From the NCBI GenBank assembly GCA_964016885.1, contig OZ024746.1:82522001-82586000 (forward strand): a stretch of 64,000 nucleotides of DNA, in the 5' to 3' direction. The DNA is from Eledone cirrhosa (Eukaryota). Under the pieces are notes generated by a model. It had not been told where the DNA came from and did no database searches. It saw nothing but the letters and a program-made list of their open reading frames with translations. Shown in pieces: positions 40,401 to 52,466 of the stretch; the first letter of the stretch is position 1, and each line of letters opens with the position of its first letter. Made by a program: the position numbers and the translations under genes.

Positions 40401-43400
40401 AGAACATTTCTATTTATAATTTTATATATAGATATAAAATTAATATATGATGAACCTACCTTTCAACTTTAGCGAATTAATTCTTGAGTAATGGCGACAT
40501 TACATTGCTTTTTCATTCATCTTATTTGATAAGAATTTCATTTTATTTAATTACAGCCTTCCAGTTTGTTACATTTCCAATCACTGCATCGCCACCTAAT
40601 GCATTATCTACGCCTTCACAGGTAAGAAAATCATTACAACACAACTTAGTCAAACTAAACATTTCATTGTTTGCTGGTTTTTTTTTTTGTCCTTTCTTTG
40701 TCATTTTTCAGCTGGTATTTGTGCATCCATTGACACTTTTTTCTCCATAACATTATTTTGTAATATATTTGGCATCATGATTTGGTGAATGAAAGGTTTG
40801 TTAGCATATTTTTATGGCTTAGAGCAGGGGTTCTCGCTATCTCAGAACTCTCTACCCCAGTTGAACAGAAAAATTATGGAACCTAAAAACATAATGCAGT
40901 TATGTTGGCAATAAGCATGTTTAAAATCAGCCATGCTGCCACAGAAAAAAAGGTATCACAGTAATCTTTTTCAGGGCTTCTAAGACAGTTGAAAGGAAGT
41001 TATCCTTAGATTAGGGACTTACTTGCCTTTGGTATTTACAATAGAGTAGGTTCTGTTACAGACTGTGATGGTTAAAACTGGTGACAAATGGAAGGAAAAT
41101 TAACATTAGTGAACATGATTTTATACAATTTCAATTGAATGACATGAGCCAATAGTGTATTGGTTTAAATATTAACTTGGATATTAGAATTGAACAAGTA
41201 ATTACTGTTGTAATAGTAGAGGAAGATATTGTTCTGTAGTTCCATGTCAGCTGTGAGCAAGTAAACCTAAGACATGCAGGTAGTAGGCTCAATGACTGAG
41301 TGTAATATGAAGGAGCCTCTATTTCAGAAATGGATGAATATACTCAGGAAAAGTAGTCTTGTATATAATATGCTAGAAAAGAAGTGAAGATAGTTATAGC
41401 TGTGGTATCTATTGAATGATAAAAAAATTGACCTAAAAAAAAATAATTTTTTTTAATTAGGTGGGATGGTGTGTGTTTCACTCAAATATATTTTTAGTGT
41501 TGTCTTTAGCCTGGTAATGTTCCTAATGTTCTCAGTGATTTTATTGAAAGATTAGTTAAAACATTCTTTGTAAGCCCTTATTTCTTTATTTCCTCCATGT
41601 TTAATTATAGTTTTGGTATTAGTTGGATGGAAGCTACACTAACAAAGCACTACACTTCTCTGATACTTTAATGTAAATACGTAGGCTTCTAACATTTTAT
41701 CTTGTACAATATTTTTGTTTGTTTCTTTTTCATTTGGATTTTATGGTGTAATTGTTTTAAGCCAATTTAGAAATTGGCTTGAATTGTTAATTCTTTTTTT
41801 TTTTTTTTTACAAGATATTCTTTCTGGTATCAACCACTTGTGAAGTTAAAAGTGAGATTTTTTTTATTTAAAGATAACTCAAAACAAATTTGAGTAAGCA
41901 AAGTTTTTCTTGCTGAAGGATAACACAATTTCTGTAGTAATTGTGGTGTTTGAACATGTGACCATGTGGTCAGTTCTAATACTTCAATTTTACTCCCAGT
42001 ATCTATCATTGTGGTACTTGGCATTAAGGAATCTATGAAAATAAAATAATTACCAGAGCAACACTTTACAAAAAGAATATAATGTATGTTTAAGTAAATC
42101 TCTTTTATCAAATTAGATAAAAAGTGATATGTTTATTTTTTTATAACTGCTCCATATCTTGAATTTTGAATTTTGTAACTTTGATATTTGACCAGCAGTG
42201 TTTGGATGCTTAAAAGTGTCCGAATTTGTAGAATTGGTCTTCTGTTAGAGTATAAAATCCTTTTCTCATCAATCCTCCCAAAGAATAATATATTGTCAGG
42301 TCTTAGCAGACTAACTAGAATTGGTATGTATATGGCTACATATATTGTGTAACAATATGTTTGCCATAGTTTTACACAGAATAGTGTCTTAGCTTTGAGA
42401 GTGGGAACTTGGCTCTCGTTCAGTAGTGTCAAGTGGATGAATGAGAAGTCTTCATCATAGGATGCCAATGTATTAGCAGTAGCATCCCTAGATGAACTAG
42501 TACCTATTCCTGATAGCTGGGTAGCCTGAGACAATGTAGAATAGTTTTAAGCTCATTAACAGATAGTCTAGTGCTTTCACTCAGTAGGTGGTACTGTATT
42601 GAAAAGTGCTAATTTGAATATTTTAAAATGCTGTCTTGTTTGGTTGACATATTCTGATGTTCTGGTGGATTCTAATTAATGCTTGAATTAATATCATTGA
42701 TTCCAATATCTCTCACATTTTTCTGTATTGTTTTCTAAATCATTGACCAAGATTCTGATAATTAGAAACATCCATATCTTTCTTTCAATTATATTACGAC
42801 AGTCCACACTATCAATTGAAAGTGTGCCTTTAGGTTCAACACTGAGGATGGTTACACTTCATTGTTGAGAATTTGATTATCAGCCATGTAAAAATCTTAG
42901 CTGTATCTCAAGAATGATGATTACTTCATGAGTATGGAATTGATGTTTATAATCAAAAAGCACGTTAGTAGTTAGTATACCTAGAATATTGGAACATTCA
43001 TGACACTCAAATTCTATGCAGAATAAAAGATTCATTATTTGAAGTATTTTGGTCTTAAAACAAATTAAAAGGATAAAAAACATATTTATTATGTATAGCC
43101 ACAGGCATGACTGTAGTTAAGAATTTTGCTCAGCAGTCACATGATTTCATGTACAGTCTCACTGCTTGGCATCTTAAGCACATGTCCTCTGTTATAGCCT
43201 TGGGCTGACCTCATCGTAAATGAATTTGTTAGACAGAAACTGTATGTATGCAGCCCATCATGTATGTGTATGCCAGTAACTGTGAATGTCATTAACACCA
43301 TTATAAGTCTGCAGTGACACTTGTTTATATCTCCCATAAATAACACATGACCGTTGCAGTTGAATAAAATGTTACCACCATATACTATATTTGGATTAAG

Positions 43401-46400
43401 GTATGTGTTGCCAGAAAAAACGATCATACATACATGGAAAAATACATGGAAAAACGATGTTTGTGTGTGTGTAAATTTCTGAAACGTTTAAAATGGGCCC
43501 TTTTCAATTTTGTTTTTCTATGTATATTTAAGACTATTGATATCATTCATAGGTAGTAACAGCACAGAGAAATACGACACATGTAGATGCACAGTGGCGA
43601 AATAAAAAAAGAGGGTCAGAGATTACTATTGAACAAGATTTTACTGATAGGTAATTAATTTTTATTGCATTGGGCTTTTTTTTATATCTATCCTCTGATT
43701 AATATTTTAAGTTTTGTCAGTGATGTATATGATATTCTGTCTTGTTTTTCTTTTCATAGTAAGAGGAATAAAAAAGGAGAAAAAGGTGGTAAAGGTTTAC
43801 GGCATTTTTCTATGAAGGTTTGTGAAAAGGTTCAGAAAAAAAGAATTACGTCTTATAATGAGGTTGCTGATGAATTAGTTGCTGAATTTAGTGATCCTAG
43901 AAACTTGTCACCCTCAGAGCAGGTAGTTGATATTTTTCCTCAGTTTTGTCTTATTAGATGTTACTTGTATATCATAATATTATTGTTCCATTTGAAAGTT
44001 ATTTGTAGGCAATTAAATACATTTTTGTGGTTATAAACGAAGTACCAGTCCACTGCAGTGAACTGGCAGAATTGTTAGAGCAAAAGAGGTGCTGTATATG
44101 AAGGGTTGCTGAGAATGCAAGAACCTCTAGTGGTTGTGATATTGGTATCATGGTAAAATGCACTCAGTGCATCCTGTAAAGTGACTACTGGCACTTAGGA
44201 AGAGCACCTACTTATAGAAACCATGTTGAAAACATAAAAGCAAGATGTTCTCCAATGCACTCTGTAGCACTAACCAGATATGTCGTTTTCTGTAACTGTT
44301 AATGAATATTTCTTATTTCATAAATAGCTTAGAAACTGAACTGATTTTATTTTTGAAAAATACATTTTTATATTTCAGGCATATGACCAAAAGAATATCA
44401 GGCGGCGTGTCTACGATGCTTTGAATGTCCTTATGGCTATGAATATTATTTCAAAAGAAAAAAAAGAAATTCATTGGATTGGATTACCAACAAATTCAGC
44501 CCAGGAATGCCAAAATATTGAAGTGCGTGTTTTCTCTGATTATACTTATTTTATGTTAGTTTTTAAGTTTAAAACCTGAACATTAAAAAAAGAGAGTTCT
44601 TAGAAAGCATAACTATGATGGAAACAAATAATATACTTTTAAATAGCTTTTATCACTGATTAAAAAATATTGAATTTAGATTATGTTGCAATATCCCTGT
44701 GTAGTTATTAATACTAGTTTGGTTAATTGAGAGATTGTCTCATTTTGTAATTAATTCAAATGGAATAATATTTTCAGCAATAAGTACAAAATAATTGCTG
44801 TAAAAATAACATTGTTGACTTAAGAATATAAATTGTTTATATGCACTTTGAATTGAATTGAATATATTTTCTTTTTATTCTAAAATAACTGAAACTTTAG
44901 GCAGAAAACCGAAGAAAGTTAGAACGTATCAAACACAAAACACAACAATTACAGGAATTAATATTGCAGGTAAGTTACCTGAAATTATTTAACCCTGCCC
45001 CAAATGATCATGTATTTGAAAGATTCAAGTATTTCTTTTAAAACAAGCTTGGCTTTTGTTAGTAAAATCTAATTAAGGCTTTTGAGAATTTTTTAGTTAT
45101 TTAGTCTCAGAGAATTAAGATTTTTTTCTACCTTATTGGAATATATATTTTATTATTTTTATTTCTACAATTTGTGATCTAAATATACATTTTATTTTCT
45201 ATGTTGTTGATACATGATTCTAGAAATATTTCTAGGTATTTATTTGAAGGATGCAAGTTGAATATGGCTTTTAGTAATGTTCTCATAGTTAAAAAATTAT
45301 TTTCTTTTTTTATTTGGTAGTCATTAATGATACATTACTGCTGAATTTTGAGCAAATATCAAATGTTTTGGCAAAACTTTCAGCAAATGAGCATGTTCTT
45401 TCACTTGTTATCCATATTTAGAAACAACTCAAAATTGCGTTGTGAAATGAGTAATGGCATACATTTTATTGTTTCTGTATTTAAGAGAACTTTTGTGGCT
45501 CCACAAAGTCTTTTAAAGATTAATGTAGTTACAATTTTTTTTAAGATGACTTAAAAAATGTCCATTTGGCTTGTTTAAAGAAATAATCTTTAGCAATCTA
45601 AGAATTAAGTATTTATTAACATTCAACAAAAGAGATGATCGTTTTTTGTTGTAACATATGGAGTTATCTTAGAGAAATTGAAACTATATTAATCATTTTA
45701 ACCCTTTCCTTACCATATTTCTAATGAAACAAGCTGCCTATGATTTTTGAATAATTTGGAAAATAATTAAGAATTTGGAAAGATTTAATGATATAACTAA
45801 CTTTTTTAGACCTTGAAAAGGCATATGACCTGTGGAACGTTCTGCAGAGGTTTGGGGTCGATGGTCAGCTTCTTGTTGCCTTAATGTCTATACAAATGCC
45901 CAAGATTTGTGTTCAGATAAATGGTGCTAAATCAAAACCACTCAAAATGGGAGTTAGACTCCACCAGGGGTGCATAATGTCACCTCTACTGTTCATTATT
46001 TTCATGAACAGGATTGATATGCACAGCCAGGTTGGAAGTGGTGTCGTGACTGACAGGTGTGAAATCGTTTGCAGACAACATGGTATTACTTAATTCGACA
46101 AAAGGTGATCTTCGACTTGCACTTGATAGATTTGATGCTGAATGGCTGGAATGAAAATCAGTGCTGCGAAAACACACTTTTCCTCTCAAGGAAACCTGCG
46201 CAGTGCATTCTACATATGAATGGAGTTCCTCTGAAGCAGGTAGAGAAGTTCAAGTACTTTGGGGCCGTGTTCACGAGTGTTGGAAAGCAGGAGGCTGAAT
46301 TAAGTGCAAGAATTACAGGAGCTGGTGCAGTAATGTGCCAGCTTCAGCATTTGGTAATCAGAAGAAGAGTAGTAGGTGTAAAAGCCAAACTTCCTATCTT

Positions 46401-48617
46401 TAATTCAGTATTCATACCAACCCTTACCTATGGTCATGAATCTTGGGTAAAATGACCGAAAGAATAGGATTGCGAATCCAAGTGGCTGAAATGGGGGTTT
46501 TCCAAATGGTCTTTTGAGTAACGTTACTCAATAAAGTGTGTAGCTCGGAGATCAGAGAATTACTCCAGGTAGAGCTGCTACTTCTCTTAATTGAGAGATC
46601 GCAGCTCCGATACTATGGCCACGTGGTTAGAATGTCTTGGGGGAAAGAATCACTGGACAGATTTTACAGGCAAAACCAACCGGCAGGAGACCCATGGGCA
46701 GACCCCGAGTAGTATGGTTGGATAACATCCATGAGCTTGGCTGGTCTTGCTTGGGGATCAAGCGGGATCAGTTAGAGATGGTTGCTTCTGGAAAGAGTGT
46801 TGGAGGACTGCTCCCACGACTCTCTCAGGAATAAGTGGGTAAAGAAGAACTAACTTCCTTATTAAGCTAGTGTATGGAACATGGAAGTGTATTTAGATAA
46901 TTTAAAAACTTGCAAATAGTTTTGGATTGTAGAACCAGGGCAGTTTCAGGCAATTTGATACCAAAAGGTTAAACATAGTTCTGAACGTTTTTGTGATGTT
47001 AAAAGAAAATTTTAAAATAAATATTGTGTATTTATTGAAAATTACAGCAAATCGCATTCAAAAATTTGGTTGAAAGAAATAGGTACTGTGAACAAACGAT
47101 GGGTCGACCACCGCAACACACCTCCATTCATCTTCCATTTATTATTGTAAATACAAGTAAGGAAACTGTGATTGACTGCAGCATTTCTAATGATAAGTAC
47201 GTTTTAAACAATTTTATACATTTCTTTTGCCTTACAAACAGTTTGGTTTTCTCCTCATCCTAACTCAACTTTAAAAAATTTGTGCTATATAAATGGAGTT
47301 ACATTAGATTTGGGGAAGAAGAAAAAATGGATGATCACAACTGAAACTTCTTTGATCAGATGTCTGCTTGATTATGGCTGACCTAGGGCTAAATAACTTT
47401 TATAAACACTATTTTAATGATCACATGTGTATTGGGTGTTGCTATGTTTGTTAAGGTCATGGGAGAAAGTAAATTGAAAAATGTATATATTAAAACAAAA
47501 CCTTTGTACATATTTTAATTAACTTGCATGCAACATCAATGCTGGATTTAAAAATGGTTAATTGTTTTGTTGTATTTTAATTACTTGATCTTGAATATTT
47601 CTTGTAAATAACATTTTTTTTCCCATCCTAATTTTAATAGATGTGAATACCTTTTCACTTTCGACAACACATTTGAAATCCATGACGACATTGAAGTTCT
47701 CAAGCGCATGGGTATGGCAGAAGATTTAGAAAAGGCTGTGAATATGGTGCCAAAAGCTTTAGAGCCTTATGTTAAGGGTAAGCAAATTGAAATTATAAGC
47801 AATTATTTTTCCCCCCCATGCATTTTAAATTTGCATGAATCCCTAAAGAAGGCATGTGTATGTGTATTTTGTTTGTCCTCTGAATTTTCAAAATATTCTA
47901 TTGTATTTTGATGAATTACCAAATTTAAGTCTTGTAAGTGAAATTGGGTAGATGGAAACTGTTTTGAACGCTGTTGGATTGGATTGTACCTGTAATTCAA
48001 AGGTCCAATCACATCACATATTGTCTCATGCTGATTCAGCTCCAGAATTTTAAGGATGCACATCTGTGTGATATTTAGCCACTTACACATTCACAAATTA
48101 AACATTCAGTTGGTTGAACAACTGTATGCTCATCATTAAAACTAGTAGTAGATCTCTTTTAACTCAATTATTAGAAAAATAGGTTATTGTAATAAGTTTT
48201 AATTCTTTATCTTTGCCATTTGTGTTCAGGTGTGCATTTTTAGAATCATTCAAATTTCTACTGTTTGATGTTTAAAAGGTGGGGGAGTTGTATAGAGGGT
48301 AAAGATAACTTGTTTTGAATTTTCCTGTTTTAATTTCAAATCTTATTTTCATTTCATTACTTGAAAGTAAAATTGTGTAAAATCACTTGAGATATAATTG
48401 GACTAGGGTCCTTATTAAAACACCCAAGAAATATCTTGATCATTGAAGGAAAATGGCATGGGTGTGTGGTTGAAGTTTGCTGTGCAACCATGTGGTTTAG
48501 ATTCAATTCCTCTCTGCAGCATTTTGGGCCAGTATTTTTTATTATAGCCATGGGTTGACCAATATCTTTAGTGGAATTTGATAGAGGAAAAATGTGTAGA
48601 AGCCTGTCATATTTTTA

Positions 48618-48652
<35 letters not shown>

Positions 48653-49259
48653 TCATTTTTACTTTTTTCTGTATATAGTTATCACTTAGTCAAAAGCAAA
48701 AAATAAGCATGGTGATTATGACTAAAACCTGTAGATGGTGCCTCATATTTCTTGTATTTCCTATAGCTGGTCCACATCTTTCTATCATTTCATGAAACAT
48801 AAATTTGATAAAAGCAGATAAATTCCCCTATCTTTCCAAATTAATGAAACAGTATGACTATTTTGGTAATGTTCAGATTTCATTTTACTGTTGTCATGGT
48901 AAAATACACTCAGTACAGTCTAAAACTGGTTCTCAATTTTTTTTACCTATCTGTGGACCCTTTTGATTCTTATTTTACTCTGGTGGATCCCCAGAGCCAT
49001 TTGATGTTTAAGACATCCTATTGTATTTTTATAATTAAATATTATTAGGAATTGTGTAAAAAATTAAAATATCTTGTGTATTGTAGAAGTATAACCAATG
49101 AAAATTTTATGGAAAATGAATATTCAGTAGTAAAATAAGTCATACATGTACAAATTATGAAAAATTTGAAGAAATTCTTACCTTTTCCAATAAAATAAAT
49201 CAAAGGAAGAAAAGTGGCTTGCGAAATAACACTCCAACAATAACAGTAATCAGTTTCTA

Positions 49260-49300
<41 letters not shown>

Positions 49301-52300
49301 GCGTTTGTGTATATGTATATATAAATGTGTGCGTGTATGTATATATATATATATGTTTCGGCCTGTACTAGAATTCTGTCTCCAGTTTATTTTCCCTGGG
49401 GACTTTGGGTTTAAAACTAACCACTATGTTGCTGCAACCACCTCAAATGTAGATATGTTTGTGCCACAACTCAGCACTGTCTAGTATTGGTGATCTACAT
49501 GATAAACGCACCTAGTATACACTGTAAAGTGGTTGGTGATAGGAGGGGTTTCCACCTGTAGGCAGCTTGCAAAACAAAGGGTTGGGTAGGACCCTTCAGT
49601 TGTGTCAGACAAAACCTTTCCTGTACACTCAGTATGTAAGCGAGATGCAGATCCCTGGCCTGTCTGGGAGGTTGGTAGCCCCGTTTCAGTACTGACTTGG
49701 TCTGTATGGACCAGTCCAACCCTTGTTGACAGGGAAAGCGGATGTTAGTATGACGATGATGATGATATTCAAATATAGCTATGAAATATATTTTAATCAA
49801 CCCTTGCTAGCAAGGAAATCATATACATACATCATGGTGAGATAATTACATACACACACTTGTATGATTGTGTGTATGATGTATGCCAGCCACCCGGGAA
49901 CATATACTGGAGGCAATATTCTTGTGTGTGTGTGTGTGTGCATTTTTATATGTATATAAATTTATTTACACTCCACCACCACTGGTTCTGGTTGTTAATA
50001 CTTTTGTCAAGTATCATTTCCTTTGATTTTTAATTCCCTAGGGGAATTTTTTGACCAACTGCTTTGGTTGATTATTTTATTTGTTTTCTTTCTTTAAATT
50101 TTAAGATATTTTCCACTTAAATACTACTGTGGACCTCCAATTTACTTTTTTTTTGTATGTGGAGACCCAAAATCTCTTATATGCATCCTGGTTGAGAATC
50201 ACTGGCCTAAACCTATGCAAAAAAAGACTTCAGTCACATCAAGGACATACCAAGCACTTGTGCCACACTAAAATACATACAGTGCACTCTGTAAACTGGT
50301 TGGCATTTGGATGAAAGGCATTCAGCTTCAGAAATAATGCTAAAATAATAGAATGTATTGAGCGAAACATGTTCCACTGACCCATCGAAGACAGTAACTC
50401 TAATTTTAAGTGATGACTTGATCTGTTAAGATCCATCAAGCACATGCCAGCATTGAAAATGGATGGTGGATAATGTTGATGGTTATATCTCTCAACATAA
50501 CCTTTCTATTTGTTTGCAATGTTACCTCAAAGTCTTAGAAATTAGTTGGAAGAAAAGTAATAAGCAATAAATAATATATAAGTTTGCAGCAAATCACCCA
50601 TATGTGTGAATAATGTCTTATGAAGTTATATCCTAAAATTATGCATCAAGATTATTCTGATGTTGTGGATTTTGGTGACTTGTAATCAGCTAGAAGTTAG
50701 AGAATTATTGACCATAAAAGTGAGCTGGTAAACATAAATCAGAATGGCATCAATTTTGTTAAGCATGCATTTTGAATTTGAGATGTGTGGCAGTAAATTT
50801 GAATTTGGTTTTCTTTTCTATCAACACATTTAGAACATCCATGTGAAATCACTACATTTCTACCTTTTAATAGAAATAAAAAATTAAACAACAAAATTGT
50901 AAAATATATGAAAATATAAATCAGCAGAATCGTGATTGGTTGTCAGGGAGCAGTTTTCTTGCATATTTGATCGTCTCAAGATATTATTATCAAGACTTAT
51001 GGAGTTAAGTTGATGTTATAACTCTAATTATTTCAGGGTTGACTGAAGCTGGTACTGCTGGGACAGTGTGTATTAATCCTACTGGTATTTCTCCAATTGG
51101 TGGAAATACTGATACATCTTATCGGTATGTATATGTCCACACATTACTCGAGGAATTATTGATATAGTTCTAAAGGTTTCCTTTATTTACATTATTTTTA
51201 ATAAGCAATACAATAGTTAAGTGGTTATGTACTCTTTTGTATGTAGTAAATACATGCACATGAAACTGCATGCATTGGCAAGACATTCTTAAAAGGTACA
51301 AAACAAAACTGTTTGCATTACTTCTAAAATTGAAATCATTTTTATACTCTAGTATTGCAATTTTTATACTCTAGTATTGCAATTTTTATTTTACAAAGAT
51401 CTGTCCACTAGTAAAAATACTATGAACATTTGAATTAATAAAGGGTGTTAGACAGGCATTTTCATGAAGTTTACTTTGCAACAACATGGGTTCTATTTCA
51501 ATATCACCATATAACACTTTGGGCAAATGACTTCTACTTTAGCCTTGGGCTGACCCAATGCTTTGAGTGAAATTGTGTGAAGGCTTGTGAGTCCAAGTGT
51601 TCATGCACATGTCTTACACTGCTGGTGATGTTTATCTTACATAATATTTTGCAGCTCAGTGAGCCGATGTGGAACGAGTACCTAATAAATAATAAATAAA
51701 AAAAATAATGGTTGGCGTTAGGAAGGGCAACCTGCCTAATAAAAAGCCTTGTTCAATCCAGCATGGAAAAATAAACATGCCTTCCTTGTAAGGAAAAGAA
51801 AGCAGTTTCAATGCTTAAAGTTTCTGTATTAATCATATATAAATGACACTGGTTTTCCTAACTCTACATAAAGATTAGTTTATAGTAATCTTATTCTTGT
51901 ATTCTGCATAATTGACACAAACCCTTCAAGCTGGCCTCTTTTTGTTACCCTTGTAAACAAAAATGGAGTATTTTTATGTTGAATTTCTTACATGAATATT
52001 AAACAAGAGTTAAATAATGAAAACCTTTGGGGTTTCTTCATAATAACTAACAATATATTTTTTATCTTATAAAGAATGAGATTCATGGTATTTTAGTTAT
52101 ATTATCTCTGTAGATATTAAAATTGTAAGCATAATTAAATCAGTTGAACAAGATCCTTTTAAATTTACTGCTTTTATCTTAAAGCTGCAAGAATGTATTT
52201 AGAGAACACAATAATATGATAAATGTCTTATTACATTTCATTTATACTTTTATAGGTGTAAAACTTTGGCCCCCAGTTCTCCTCTGGCGACCCCACTACC

Positions 52301-52466
52301 TGACAATGGTTGTCGAAGCAATGACTTTAAAGATGTACTTACCTCTATTGGGCAGGATTTGTTAAATCAAGTTCCCTCACGGGGAAATCATGTAGAAACT
52401 CCTTCAGAACATTATTCTGATGATTGTGATTCTGATGACTCTAGTAATCAGATGGAAGTTAACTAG
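32085..52466 (+). CDS. TFDP1: Transcription factor DP (E2F dimerisation partner), spliced gene span, ~415 aa
   Basis: Spliced translation contains DP hallmarks [15 protein letters not shown]...[14 protein letters not shown] box [55 protein letters not shown]...[36 protein letters not shown]. All introns GT-AG. Phases agree except between 40621 and 43760. Invertebrate DP is co-orthologous to TFDP1/TFDP2. Confidence 0.96.
32741..32853 (+). CDS. TFDP1: DP coding exon 2 ([38 protein letters not shown])
   Basis: Long poly-T tract + ttttag acceptor; donor GAG|gtatgg; ends AKE at phase 0, like vertebrate MAKD|. Confidence 0.85.
35237..35300 (+). CDS. TFDP1: DP coding exon 3 ([21 protein letters not shown])
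   Basis: ctgtag acceptor; C|gtaagt donor; resembles vertebrate AGLIEANGEL; phase 0 to 1. Confidence 0.88.
39767..39974. mobile_element. piggyBac-type MITE (208 bp) in a DP intron
   Basis: TTAA on both sides (39763-39766, 39975-39978); perfect 14-bp TIR CCCTTTAGCATTTA / TAAATGCTAAAGGG. Confidence 0.92.
40557..40621 (+). CDS. TFDP1: DP coding exon 4 ([22 protein letters not shown])
   Basis: ttacag acceptor and strong CAG|gtaaga donor; open as phase 1 to 0. The phase 0 to 2 frame is also open. Confidence 0.72.
43760..43922 (+). CDS. TFDP1: DP exon: basic NLS-like region + winged-helix DNA-binding domain start ([54 protein letters not shown])
   Basis: ttttcatag acceptor, CAG|gtagtt donor; lies within ORF 43665..44036; unmistakable DP sequence. 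Confidence 0.96.
44379..44522 (+). CDS. TFDP1: DP exon with DEF box ([48 protein letters not shown])
   Basis: tttcag acceptor, GAA|gtgcgt donor, 144 nt, phase 0-0; RRXYD DNA-contact motif. Confidence 0.98.
44901..44969 (+). CDS. TFDP1: DP coiled-coil exon ([23 protein letters not shown])
   Basis: ctttag acceptor, CAG|gtaagt donor, 69 nt. Confidence 0.97.
45702..46968. mobile_element. Older piggyBac-type MITE split by the LINE insertion
   Basis: ttaa|ccctttc ... aaaagg|ttaa ends; related inverted copy at ~61891-62048 ending cgaaaggg|ttaa. Confidence 0.6.
45804..46847 (+). mobile_element. 5'-truncated RTE LINE family B in a DP intron, with TSD
   Basis: [40 protein letters not shown]; flanked by aactaactt at 45795-45803 and 46848-46856. 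Confidence 0.93.
47048..47196 (+). CDS. TFDP1: DP exon ([50 protein letters not shown])
   Basis: ttacag acceptor, AA|gtacgt donor, phase 0 to 2. Confidence 0.97.
47641..47777 (+). CDS. TFDP1: DP marked-box exon ([45 protein letters not shown])
   Basis: taatag acceptor, G|gtaagc donor, 137 nt, phase 2 to 1. Confidence 0.97.
48923..50194. mobile_element. Charlie/hAT-like element with nested microsatellite and SINE insertions
   Basis: Ends ctggttctcaa ... ttgagaatcactg, subterminal gtggacc(c) repeats at both ends, approximate flanks gtctaaaa / gcctaaac. Confidence 0.5.
50651..50890 (+). pseudogene. Decayed duplicate of DP terminal-exon end + proximal 3' UTR (copy of ~52411-52650)
   Basis: Collinear shared blocks: attattctgatg, gtaatcag, gaagtta, tgagctggtaaacat, gtggcag, tgaatttg, tttcttttct, caacacatttagaac, tgaaatcact. 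Confidence 0.85.
51037..51124 (+). CDS. TFDP1: DP penultimate exon ([30 protein letters not shown])
   Basis: tttcag acceptor, CG|gtatgt donor; phase 1 to 2 bridges the flanking exons exactly. Confidence 0.85.
52256..52466 (+). CDS. TFDP1: DP terminal coding exon with acidic tail ([16 protein letters not shown]...[19 protein letters not shown])
   Basis: ttatag acceptor, phase 2, in frame with ORF 52266..52466; acidic C-terminus typical of DP proteins. Confidence 0.88.

Noticed and set aside
42133-42534. 133-aa antisense ORF in a DP intron
   Set aside because: No motif, non-ATG start, no splice support; compatible with chance.
42803-42850. Candidate for the missing DP exon ([16 protein letters not shown])
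   Set aside because: Acceptor plausible, but no phase-2 donor and no similarity to DP.
51339-51382. 22-bp direct tandem duplication (also ~27-bp at 35980-36030)
   Set aside because: Ordinary slippage duplications in introns; no functional signal.
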